Assembly (NCBI GenBank): GCA_032718475.1
Contig: JAUCBJ010001598.1
Span: 67,731-131,730 of the forward strand
DNA length: 64,000 nt
Origin: Nemertoderma westbladi
Taxonomy: Eukaryota > Animalia > Xenacoelomorpha
Direction: 5' to 3'
The position numbers and the translations under genes were made by a program. Positions 30,001 through 41,145 of this stretch are shown here, in pieces (position 1 is the stretch's first letter; each line of letters starts with the position of its first letter). The notes beneath the pieces were generated by a model. The model saw only the letters and a list, made by a program, of their open reading frames with translations, did not search any database and was not told the DNA's origin.

Positions 30001-33000
30001 TATCATTTGTTTCCCAGGCACCCCGTTGCGTCTACTATTCTACGCTATCATTTGTTTCCCAGGCACCCCGTTGAGTCTGTACTATTCTACGCTATCATTT
30101 GTTTCCCAGGCACCCCGTTGCGTCTACTATTCTACGCTATCATTTGTTTCCCAGGCACCCCGTTGAGTCTGTACTATTCTACGCTATCATTTGTTTCCCA
30201 GGCACCCCGTTGAGTCTGTACTATTCTACGCTATATCATTTGTTTCCCAGGCACCCCGTTGAGTCTGTACTATTCTACGCTATCATTTGTTTCCCAGGCA
30301 CCCCGTTGAGTCTGTACTATTCTACGCTATCATTTGTTTCCCAGGCACTCCGTTGAGTCTGTACTATTCTACGCTACCATTTGTTTCCCAGGCACCCCGT
30401 TGAGTCTGTACTATTCTACGCTATCATTTGTTTCCCAGGTACCCCGTTGAGTCTGTACTATTCTACGCTAGCATTTGTTTCCCAGGCACCCCGTTGAGTC
30501 TACTATTCTACGTTATCATTTGTTTCCCAGGCACTCCGTTGCGTCTACTATTCTACGCTATCATTTGTTTCCCAGGCACCCCGTTGAGTCTGTACTATTC
30601 TACGCTAGCATTTGTTTCCCAGACACCCCGTTGAGTCTGTACTATTCTACGCTATCATTTGTTTCCCAGGCACCTCGTTGAGTCTGTACTATTCTACGCT
30701 ATCATTTGATTCCCAGGCACCCCGTTGAGTCTGTCTGTACTATTCTACGCTATCATTTGTTTCCCAGGCACCCCGTTGAGTCTACTATTCTACGCTATCA
30801 TTTGTTTCCCAGGCACCCCGTTGAGTCTGTACTATTCTACGCTATCATTTGTTTCCCATGCACCCCGTTGAGTCTACTATTCTACGCTATCATTTGTTTC
30901 CCATGCACCCCGTTGAGTCTACTATTCTACGCTATCATTTGTTTCCCAGGCACCCCGTTGAGTCTGTACTATTCTACGCTATCATTTGTTTCCCATGTAC
31001 CCCGTTGAGTCTACTATTCTACGCTATCATTTGTTTCCCAGGCACCCCGTTGAGTCTGTACTATTCTACGCTATCATTTGTTTCCCAGGCACCCCGTTGC
31101 GTCTACTATTCTACGCTATCATTTGTTTCCCAGGCACCTCGTTGAGTCTGTACTATTCTACGCTATCATTTGTTTCCCAGGCACCCCGTTGCGTCTACTA
31201 TTCTATGCTATCATTTGTTTCCCAGGCACCCCGTTGAGTCTACTATTCTACGCTATCATTTGTTTCCCAGGCACGCCGTTGAGTCTGTACTATTCTACGC
31301 TATCATTTGTTTCCCAGGCACCCCGTTGCGTCTACTATTCTATGCTATCATTTGTTTCCCAGGTACCCCGTTGAGTCTGTACTATTCTACGCTAGCATTT
31401 GTTTCCCAGGCACCCCGTTGAGTCTGTACTATTCTACGCTAGCATTTGTTTCCCAGGCACCCCGTTGAGTCTGTACTATTCTACGCTAGCATTTGTTTCC
31501 CAGGCACCCCGTTGAGTCTGTACTATTCTACGCTATCATTTGTTTCCCAGGCACCCCGTTGAGTCTACTATTCTACTCTACCATTTGTTTCCCAGGCACC
31601 CCGTTGAGTCTACTATTCTACTCTACCATTTGTTTCCCAGGCACCCCGTTGAGTCTGTACTATTCTACGCTATCATTTGTTTCTCAGGCACCCCGTTGAG
31701 TCTGTACTATTCTACGCTATCATTTGTTTCCCAGGCACCCCGTTGAGTCTGTACTATTCTACGCTATCATTTGTTTCCCAGGCACGCCGTTGAGTCTGTA
31801 CTATTCTACATTATCATTTGTTTCCCAGGCACTCCGTTGCGTCTGTACTATTCTACGCTATCATTTGTTTCTCAGGCACCCCGTTGAGTCTGTACTATTC
31901 TACGCTAGCATTTGTTTCCCAGGCACCCCGTTGAGTCTGTACTATTCTACGTTAGCATTTGTTTCCCAGACACCCCGTTGCGTCTACTATTCTACGCTAT
32001 CATTTGTTTCTCAGGCACCCCGTTGAGTCTGTACTATTCTACGCTATCATTTGTTTCCCAGGCACCCCGTTGAGTCTGTCTGTACTATTCTACGCTATCA
32101 TTTGTTTCCCAGGCACGCCGTTGAGTCTGTACTATTCTACATTATCATTTGTTTCCCAGGCACCCCGTTGAGTCTGTACTATTCTACGCTAGCATTTGTT
32201 TCCCAGGCACCCCGTTGAGTCTGTACTATTCTACGCTAGCATTTGTTTCCCAGGCACCCCGTTGAGTCTGTACTATTCTACGCTATCATTTGTTTCCCAG
32301 GCACCCCGTTGAGTCTACTATTCTACTCTACCATTTGTTTCCCAGGCACCCCGTTGCGTCTACTATTCTACGCTATCATTTGTTTCCCAGGCACCTCGTT
32401 GAGTCTGTACTATTCTACGCTATCATTTGTTTCCCAGACACGCCGTTGAGTCTGTACTATTCTACGCTATCATTTGTTTCCCAGGCACCTCGTTGAGTCT
32501 GTACTATTCTACGCTATCATTTGTTTCCCAGACACGCCGTTGAGTCTGTACTATTCTACGCTATCATTTTTTTCCCAGGCACCCTGTTGAGTCTGTACTA
32601 TTCTACGTTAGCATTTGTTTCCCAGACACCCCGTTGAGTCTGTACTATTCTACGCTATCATTTGTTTCCCAGGCACCTCGTTAAGTCTGTACTATTATAC
32701 GCTATCATTTGTTTCCCAGGCACCCCGTTGAGTCTGTCTGTACTATTCTACGCTATCATTTGTTTCCCAGGCACGCCGTTGAGTCTGTACTATTCTACAT
32801 TATCATTTGTTTCCCAGGCACTCCGTTGCGTCTACTATTCTACGCTATCATTTGTTTCCCAGGTACCCCGTTGAGTCTGTACTATTCTACGCTATCATTT
32901 GTTTCCCAGGCACCCCGTTGAGTCTGTACTATTCTACGCTATCATTTGTTTCCCAGGCACCCCGTTGAGTCTGTACTATTCTACGCTATCATTTGTTTCC

Positions 33001-33827
33001 CATGCACCCCGTTGAGTCTACAATTCTACGCTATCATTTGTTTCCCAGGCACCCCGTTGAGTCTACTATTCTACGCTATCATTTGTTTCCCAGGCACGCC
33101 GTTGAGTCTGTACTATTCTACCCTATCATTTGTTTCCCAGGCACTCCGTTGCGTCTACTATTCTACGCTATCATTTGTTTCCCAGGTACCCCGTTGAGTC
33201 TGTACTATTCTACGCTATCATTTGTTTCCCAGGCACCCCGTTGAGTCTGTACTATTCTACGCTATCATTTGTTTCCCATGCACCCCGTTGAGTCTGTCTG
33301 TACTATTCTACGATATCATTTGTTTCCCAGGCACCCCGTTGAGTCTGTACTATTCTACGCTATCATTTGTTTCCCAGGCACGCCGTTGAGTCTGTACTAT
33401 TCTACGCTATCATTTGTTTCCCAGTCACCCCGTTGAGTCTGTACTATTCTACGCTATCATTTGTTTCCCAGACACCCCGTTGAGTCTGTACTATTCTACG
33501 CTATCATTTGTTTCCCAGGCACCCCGTTGAGTCTACTATTCTACGCTATCATTTGTTTCCCAGGCACCCCGTTGAGTCTGTACTATTCTACGCTACCATT
33601 TGTTTCCCAGGCACTCCGTTGCGTCTACTATTCTACGCTATCATTTGTTTCCCAGGCACCCCGTTGAGTCTGTACTATTCTACGCTATCATTTGTTTCCC
33701 AGGCACCCCGTTGAGTCTGTACTATTCTACGCTATCATTTGTTTCCCAGGCACCCTGTTGAGTCTACTATTCTACGCTAGCATTTGTTTCCCAGGCACCC
33801 CGTTGAGTCTGTACTATTCTACGCTAT
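1..33827 (+). repeat. Intronic satellite, 47-bp unit CATTTGTTTCCCAG|GCACCCCGTTGAGTCTGTACTATTCTACGCTAT (45- and 51-bp variants), derived from the acceptor junction of the downstream beta-catenin exon; truncated by the window start
   Basis: Continuous tandem array; roughly 720 copies estimated from length/unit. The last unit (33781-33827) runs directly into unique coding sequence; its AG at 33793-33794 is the exon acceptor. Confidence 0.97.
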
Positions 33828-33996
33828 TATAACTCTACACAACCTGCTTCTGCACCTCGATGGCTCCAAGATGGCAGTCCGACAGGCTGGAGGCCTACAG
33901 AAGATGGTCGCTTTACTGAGTCGTAACAACGTTAAGTTTCTCGCTATAACCACGGATTGCCTCCAAATCCTGGCCTATGGGAATCAGGATAGCAAG
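33795..33996 (+). CDS. CTNNB1: Beta-catenin/armadillo exon A: (G)[67 protein letters not shown]
   Basis: Matches beta-catenin [41 protein letters not shown]...AYGNQESK. Bounded by tttcccAG and AAG|GTgggt. 202 bp, phase 2 to 0, the same size as human CTNNB1 exon 6 as I recall it. Confidence 0.96.
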
Positions 33997-35239
33997 GTGG
34001 GTGTCCCCAGTAAATCATTCGCACTCTGCGTTACCAATAAATAACGCATTTATATTATGTTAAAATATTAAACGAACGGATGAAGTGGTAGGAATATACA
34101 TTCACTACCGGTAACACAGTGTGTGATTGATAACTATAAGGTTTAATGGGGATTACCTGGTATTCCTCATTAAAACTTATAATTATATAGACCCTATCTT
34201 CTCTTCCTGTGCCACAATATAGTCTGATGTCTTTTACTATCTTTAAATAATATCATATAATGATTATAATCATATAACGACCACCCTCAACACTTTATTT
34301 TATTTGTATCATTCATACGCTATATGACACAATGAAATTTGAACATTTATCATTTAAATGTTATCATATGCGATTGTCTTGAATAATGCCTTGTTAAGGC
34401 TGTAGTGGTACCAGGCCTTTTAAACGGAGACTAGATTCACGATAATTTCATTTTTTTTTAATTTATCTTTATTAAGTGTTTTATAGTGCTTAATTTTCTG
34501 TTATAACCTGTTTTTAATACAGATACTAATTCGTTTATTGTTTTGGTTAGAATCTTCTATAACCAGGGTTTTTAGTGGAAAACAAAAGAAAGTCTGACAT
34601 ACTTAACATAGGGGCCCATATTCTGGCATTAAATACCCTCCCGCAATTTGGGAGGAGTGCTAATTATTATTTTATTTTATAATTAACTATAACAGATCGG
34701 AGCTCCGAGGTTTTATATACCGAGCGAGGCGAGGCGAGGTTAATAAAGAATCGAGAACTTGGTGACTCATTATTAACCATGCAATAAATAATTATTACCA
34801 TACTGTTGTTGTAACTGCAATAAAAACATTACTATATTATAAAAAAATAAAGCTAATAATTGACCATTAAGTTAACATAATGTAACAAAATTTCTTACAT
34901 CATTGTCTGAGTAGAGCACATTCATCGTTACAGATGTCGGTTTATTTATGTTAAACATCCCTACATGCGCTCGCTCGCTACAATAAAGTGCGCGTGTTGT
35001 AGAGCTGGAAAGTGATGATTTGTACACAATAATTTTAATAATATCCAATAATATACTTTATTTCTCTTTATTGAATAAATCAAGTCGTTACACTATACTA
35101 ATTATTACACATTATCTCTCTCACTTAACTTCTCAGACGCACAATCAATTATTTTCACCTGATTTCTCTATTTCCATTTTGCACTGCACATTTCTTAACT
35201 ACTAACTCTATTGATGATTGGTTTAATTTATTAACTTAT

Positions 35240-36765
35240 TTAACAGACCTATTTGTCCGGGGGCGGGGGGGGGGGGGGGGGGGGGGGGTGTCATTTTATA
35301 CATTTTTTGTAATTCATCTGTGTATCGTTGAGTCAGGTTTGTTGGGAAACCGAGATTTTGTGGCTTTTCCTAAAATGGGCTATCCAACAGAGCAAACGCC
35401 ATTTACATGGCTATGTTAGTTTTCTTGCTGTGGTCCCTTTCTGGCACCCATCTTCCAGTATTTTCGTGCTAAAATTTTCAAAAGTTTTTATGGCTCACTA
35501 AAATTAATTTATTTGAGATATATAGCTGTTTTTTGGATGCCTCAAATATTTTATATAACTCAAATATTACATTCAAGAACATTTTTGGTAATTTTGAATG
35601 TGCCCCCTTGGGCACGAAAAAAACAAGTAGTGGAAATATGATAATGAAAAATAACCACAAAATCAAATTGATTTTATGACCATATATGATTGTTGGGATG
35701 CTGATCACGAATATGAAACTGAAATATATCGTACATTGTTTATTAGGGAATGTTTGGATACGTGTCAATCTGTCAATGTGAGGCACGAAAAATAAAAGAA
35801 GCACAAATTTGATATCCAAAAATCATTACCAAGTCAACCTGATTGTAAGACATTATGGGTTTTCTGGGACTCTGATCACGAATATGACACTCAAAAATAT
35901 TTAAAAAAATAATATACTTCTATTTTTCGTCCCACCAGCCCAGACAAGCACCAAAAGCGATAGTTGTGTTATCACGGATGATTTTTAACGATTTGTTTCG
36001 TGATCAGCGACCTTGAAAACCAGTATGGCGTCAGAATTACCAAACCAAAGGCAAAATGTTACAGTTTGTAATTTTATGCTACTTGTATTTTTCTTTCTGG
36101 GGCACCAGAATGGCACCAAAATTTTATTTGCATTACCAGAAATATTTATAACTAGTTTCATCGTGATCAGCGACCTCGATAACCCACCTTCAGGGTGCTT
36201 ATAAGCATTATGCTTGTTGCCCAATTGGGTGGGGTCAGAGTAAAACGCGGATCCGGATCCGGATTCTACATTTAACATTGTCCGGTACGGAAGTCGATTT
36301 TTTTTACATTTTTATAACTCCCAAAAATAAAACTATAGCCTGTTCTATTGACTTTAGTTTATTGTTTTGTTTAAAATAACGTGACACTGTAACCTGCTCC
36401 TTTCCCTTAATTGATCATTTTGGAATCCGGATCCGCGTTTTACACCTACCCAATTGGGTGAACTTCGATGTTCAATAAAATAAATATTAAACTAAACCTT
36501 TACAGAAGTTTCAAACCAATCACAAAACTTTTTAGTTTGAGATTTATTTACTTGTACTTTTCGTCCTGGGGGACCAAAATACCACAAAAATGAATGTTGC
36601 ATTTCTGGAATATATTTTTAACAAGTATTATCGTTATCAGCGACCTCTAAAACAGTTATACCATCAAAATTGAAATTTTGAGTCAAGATCTAAAAAATTT
36701 CTAAAAATGACCCACCCCCAGGGCCAATTACGAGGTGAAATAGCCCGTGCCAGATACGGTTAAAC
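35240..36765. mobile_element. Possible older DNA-transposon remnant hosting the nested MITE
   Basis: Dispersed direct and inverted copies of CGTGATCAGCGACC / CTGATCACGAATATGA (near 35700, 35872, 35999, 36162, 36632). TTAA at both putative ends, but the TIRs are weak and boundaries approximate. Confidence 0.35.
36232..36451. mobile_element. MITE with 9-bp TSD (Mutator-like)
   Basis: TIRs GGGTcagaGTAAAACGCGGATCCGGAT / ATCCGGATCCGCGTTTTACacctACCC. Flanking direct repeat AATTGGGTG at 36223-36231 and 36452-36460. Confidence 0.8.
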
Positions 36766-36859
36766 TAGCCTATTCTATGGACAGCCATGGCTAAACGTTA
36801 AACTGTATGTACCTTACAGCACTTACTATATGGTCCTTCCTCCCTACTTTGTTACTTTA

Positions 36860-37915
36860 CACCTTACTATTGTATTAGCTAATTTACCAGACTAGCTTCC
36901 CCACCCTACTATGGTATTGGCTAGTTTACCAGAATAGTTTCCCCGCCCTCATATTGTATTAGCTAATTTACCAGACTAGTTTCCCGCCCTCCTATTGTAT
37001 TAGCTAATTTACCAGACTAGTTTCCCGCCCTCCTATTGTATTAGCTAGTTTACCAGACTAGTTTCCCCGCCCTCCTATTGTATTAGCTAGTTTAACAGAC
37101 TAGTTTATCCGCCTTACTATGGTATTGGCTAGTTTAACAGACTAGACCAGACTAGTTTCCTCGCCCTCCTATTCTACTGGCTAGTTTCACAGACTAGTTT
37201 CCCCGCCCTACTAATTGTATTAGCTAGTTTAACAGACTAGTTTATCCGCCTTACTATTGTATTAGTTAGTTTACCAGACTAGTTTCCACGCCCTACTATT
37301 GTATTGGCTAGTTTACCAGACTAGTTTCCCCTCCCTACTATTGTATTAGCTAGTTTAACAGACTAGTTTATCCGCCTTACTATTGTATTGGCTAGTTTAC
37401 CAGACTAGTTTCCACGCCCTACTATTGTATTGGCTAGTTTACCAGACTAATGTCCCCGCCCTACTAATTGTATTAGCTAGTTTACCAGACTAGTTTCCTC
37501 GCTCTCCTATTCTACTGGCTAGTTTGCCAGACTTTCTTCGCCCTACTATTGTATTGGTTAGTTTACCTGAATGAATAGTTTCCCCGCCCTACTATTGTAT
37601 TGGTTAGTTTACCTAAATAGTTTCCCCGCCCTACTATTGTATTAGTTAATTTACCAGACTAGTTTCCCCGCCCTACTATTGTATTGGTTAGTTTACCAGA
37701 CTAGTTTCTCCACCTTACTACTGTATTATATAATTTACCAGACTAGTTTCCACGCTAGTTTCCCCGCCCTACTATTCTACAGGCTAGTTTACCAGACTAG
37801 TTTCCCTACCCCCCCACCCCCATCCTACTATTTTATTGGCTAGTTTAATTTCCCTTGTATTAACTAGTTTACTCGACTATCGTCTACCTCCTATTGTATT
37901 GTATTGGTTAGTAGT
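36860..37915 (+). repeat. Degenerate ~43-bp minisatellite CTATTGTATTGGCTAGTTTACCAGACTAGTTTCCCCGCCCTA upstream of the exon B1 acceptor
   Basis: About two dozen diverged tandem copies that decay towards 37915. Confidence 0.88.
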
Positions 37916-37946
37916 TTACTTGTATTATTTAACTTACATACTACAG

Positions 37947-38091
37947 CTGATTCTATTGGCTAGTGGCGGTCCGCAGGAACTTTTGCGTATAATGCAGAGC
38001 TACTCGTACGAGAAGCTACTCTGGACTACGTCCCGAGCACTCAAAGTTCTCAGTGTTTGTCCCAATAATAAACCGGCAATTGTCACAGCAG
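37947..38091 (+). CDS. CTNNB1: Beta-catenin exon B1 (canonical): [48 protein letters not shown](G)
   Basis: Matches [49 protein letters not shown]. ctacAG acceptor, G|GTtagt donor, 145 bp, phase 0 to 1. Confidence 0.96.
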
Positions 38092-38379
38092 GTTAGTGTT
38101 GGAGCAGCTGTTTTATTGACCTATAAGTATTTGGCTCTATAGATATGTCCTCAGGTAAGTTTATTGAGGTTCGCTCTTGAAACTCAAGGTGAGTCATTCC
38201 CTTATCGCCATGCTTCACCCTTATCGACTGCTATTATCTCATTTTCTCCTGCCTGTTTGAACTTTCTCCTTTCCCCGACTGTCTGCTTTCTACTCTTCTT
38301 GCATGGACATTTTTCTTGCTAGTGTTTCTATCGTTATTTTCATGTTGTATTTGTTCTCTCAAATCTTCCCAACTTCTAG

Positions 38380-38524
38380 ACTGGGATCTTCCAATGCGGT
38401 GGTATTGAGTATCTTGTTGACATCGTTCGTGGGGCCAAGTACGAGAAACTTCTGTGGACATCGAGTCGTGTTCTTAAAGTACTCAGTGTCGACGGTGACT
38501 GTAAAGCAGCCATCGTTCGATTAG
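38380..38524 (+). CDS. CTNNB1: Duplicated alternative exon B2 (putative mutually exclusive with B1): [48 protein letters not shown](G)
   Basis: Hand-translated; this frame is not in the ORF track. Same 145-bp length and phases as B1, open frame, pyrimidine tract plus ttctAG acceptor, AG|GTaata donor, and a conserved YEKLLWTxSRxLKVLSV core. Confidence 0.88.
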
Positions 38525-38807
38525 GTAATATTAGTACCACGGTCTCTATGGTATGGTATGTGTTACGCCGTGTCGGTGTGTGTAAATTTTTAGACAGATT
38601 GGAAAATGTATATACGTAACCTGGATTTACCTTGGAATTACCTGGGATATAGGGGAGATTCCAATGTTTCCCAGGTTTTTCGCACGACGCGAGTCTATTT
38701 TGTCACTAAGTTATTTTATAAAGTTACTAACTAAGATACGTTATTCGATAAAAAAAAGGTGAGGAAACTGATGGTCTATTTCATTAAGTTTAATCCTTCC
38801 TTACTTG

Positions 38808-38927
38808 GTCTGTCTGTCTCTGAATATGTATGTCTGTCTCTGAATATGTCTGTATGTCTTCATCTATGTATTTATGTCTGTTTCTATGTATAGGATTTAT
38901 GTCTGTATGTTTGTATGACTGTCTGTA
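38808..38927. repeat. Degenerate (TGTC/TGTA)n microsatellite
   Basis: Imperfect tetranucleotide runs. Confidence 0.7.
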
Positions 38928-39651
38928 TAATTAAAATGTTTATCATCTGCTGCTATGAATTCGCTTCAACAAAACTTTGTTGGCATAATATTGAGAGAAC
39001 GTATATGTATTGATCTTAATCTTTTGCTAAATATATCAAAACGCTTAATTAAAATCGACTACGCTTACGTTTTGCTTTAATTTTCCTCGAAAGTGCTTTG
39101 ACTGTCCTTCCTGTACATTGTCCATATTCGTTGTCCAGTTGTCCATTGCTTCTATAAGTGCGTAAATGTTGAAAAAAAAATGGACGATAAGTAAGTTTGG
39201 AAGTTTATAACAACGTCTGGAGCGTAAGTGATATAAATGGTTCTTACTCAGGTTGAACTTAGGTAAGTTTATGTTAATCTGGTAGGATTAATAAATTATT
39301 GTTAATTTAGTTTATAAAAACGATTTGTATTTTATAATTTGTCTTGACAAATGTGAATTTTTTAATCTTTGTAATCAGTACTGTGTGTACATGATTTGCA
39401 GTGTCTTGAGTTTTCGAACCATCTTCACATTTGTTTGTGAGGTCTGAATAAAACAGATTTAAACACGTAATAAATAATACCATTTCGTCTTTCCTTTCAA
39501 TGTCATAATAAAATTGAAAGAGAAACCTTAAAACGTGTGTTTATTAAATCTCAGTCACAAATCTTAACTAACTGCAGCAGCTCGGTAGATAGACTTTCAC
39601 TGCCGTCACCCATTTCTTTATAATGTTTAACCATCCATCTGCTATCTTTAG

Positions 39652-39791
39652 GGGGGATGCAGGCCCTTGGAGACCATCTGGATCACCCAAGTCACAGACT
39701 CGTACAGAACTGTCTGTGGACTCTGCGAAACCTTTCCGATGCCGCTACTAGGGAGGATAACCTAGATAACTTACTCTACCGACTTGTATTG
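39652..39791 (+). CDS. CTNNB1: Beta-catenin exon C: [47 protein letters not shown]
   Basis: Matches [34 protein letters not shown]. ctttAG acceptor (phase 1), TTG|GTaggt donor. Confidence 0.94.
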
Positions 39792-40178
39792 GTAGGTTAT
39801 CATCTACATAATAATAAACTACACAAACTTTTATTTATATTTGTATTCGGTTTGAATTATGTGTTTTTATTAACTTGTAGTAGATACAATCTCCGGCAGT
39901 TAGTTAGTACTACCAAGGGGAACTTCATTTATTAACAGTTACCATTTAAGGATACAAGGCAGAGATGCGCTTTGGCTAGTCCCTTTAAATAATTAGTATC
40001 TAATTAAAAACTTTTTTTCTGTACATTTTTTCTAATTCGATCTTTGATTTTTATAATTTGTTGTGCAATAGTGGTATGGGAACGATTCGCCAACATTATC
40101 TGAATGGCTAAGTAATTATCAGCCTGCAACTTAATTATCGACTGTACTCCTATATCTTGTTTCATTATAAATCTACAG

Positions 40179-40376
40179 ATGTTGAAGAGCCCCGATAGCA
40201 ACGTCGTCACTTGCGCATGCGGCGTCCTTAGCAACCTCACGTGTAACAACTCGCGTAACAAGATGGTTGTCGTACAGTCTGGTGGGATCCCGAGTCTGGT
40301 AAAGATAATGTTCGGTAACGACAGAGCCGGGGACCCTAACGAAGCCCGAGCCCAGTCCGATACTATCGAACCCGCT
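40179..40376 (+). CDS. CTNNB1: Beta-catenin exon D: [66 protein letters not shown]
   Basis: Matches [24 protein letters not shown]...TEPA. ctacAG acceptor, GCT|GTgagt donor, phase 0 to 0. Confidence 0.94.
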
Positions 40377-40723
40377 GTGAGTTCATTGTTGTGGCCCTAA
40401 CTCAATATAGACCTAATAGGCATTATCATATTGTTACATTATACATTAATTATACAAATTGTAATTTATAATAATAATGCTTAATATTAATATTTACTTA
40501 AAGATTACTTTCACGAAGTTACTTAAAATGACAAAAGAAAATATTGTCAGCAAAAATTTACCTAACTCAACACAACATAGTTTGCAGATTATTTTCATAG
40601 CCTGGAGGATTAACGTTCGACTTTTTTTTTTAGAAAAATCAGTACCAGAATTGGTTTTAAAATTGATCAGTACATTATAATGATATTTTCATTGTATAAT
40701 TTAATTTTAACCTGTTCCACTAG

Positions 40724-40969
40724 GTGTGCGCCCTCCGCCATCTCACATCCCGTCACCAGCTGGCCGAGAGAGCGCAAAACGAAGTCCGGGAACATTACGG
40801 ACTCCCCGTACTGATTAAAGTCCTACAGCCTCCTAGCAACCGTTGGCCAATCATCAAGGCGGTTATCGGCCTTATACGCAACTTGGCTTTGTCCCAGGCC
40901 AATCACGCCCCCTTGCGGGAGCACGGGGTATTGCCTCGTCTAGTACAACTGCTCCAGAAAGCATACCAG
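40724..40969 (+). CDS. CTNNB1: Beta-catenin exon E: [29 protein letters not shown]...[11 protein letters not shown]
   Basis: Matches [29 protein letters not shown]...GLIRNLAL...NHAPLRE. actAG acceptor, CAG|GTtcgt donor; a second in-frame GT follows 40978. Confidence 0.93.
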
Positions 40970-41145
40970 GTTCGTCCGGTAACTATATCGCACTATGTTA
41001 CACCGAATGCAGCGTCGGGTCTGATAGATAAACAATAATTGCATTACTAATACCAATAATGTTAAAAAATTTATTTTAGTTACCAAGACAAATTTCCGTC
41101 TATTCATACTACCCAACAAGTAGTTTTATCTCTACTATTTCCACG

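Noticed and set aside
405-33714. Many short MFPRHPVES... ORFs
   Set aside because: They are TTG-started translations of the satellite that shift frame unit to unit. The resemblance to beta-catenin arises only because the unit contains the exon start.
1-33827. Intron gain by tandem duplication of an exon segment
   Set aside because: The intron position and the 202-bp exon size match human CTNNB1 as I recall it, so the intron predates the array.
38234-38524. Track ORFs 38303-38524 (+) and 38234-38461 (-)
   Set aside because: Wrong frames; the beta-catenin-like frame is the third + frame starting at 38380.
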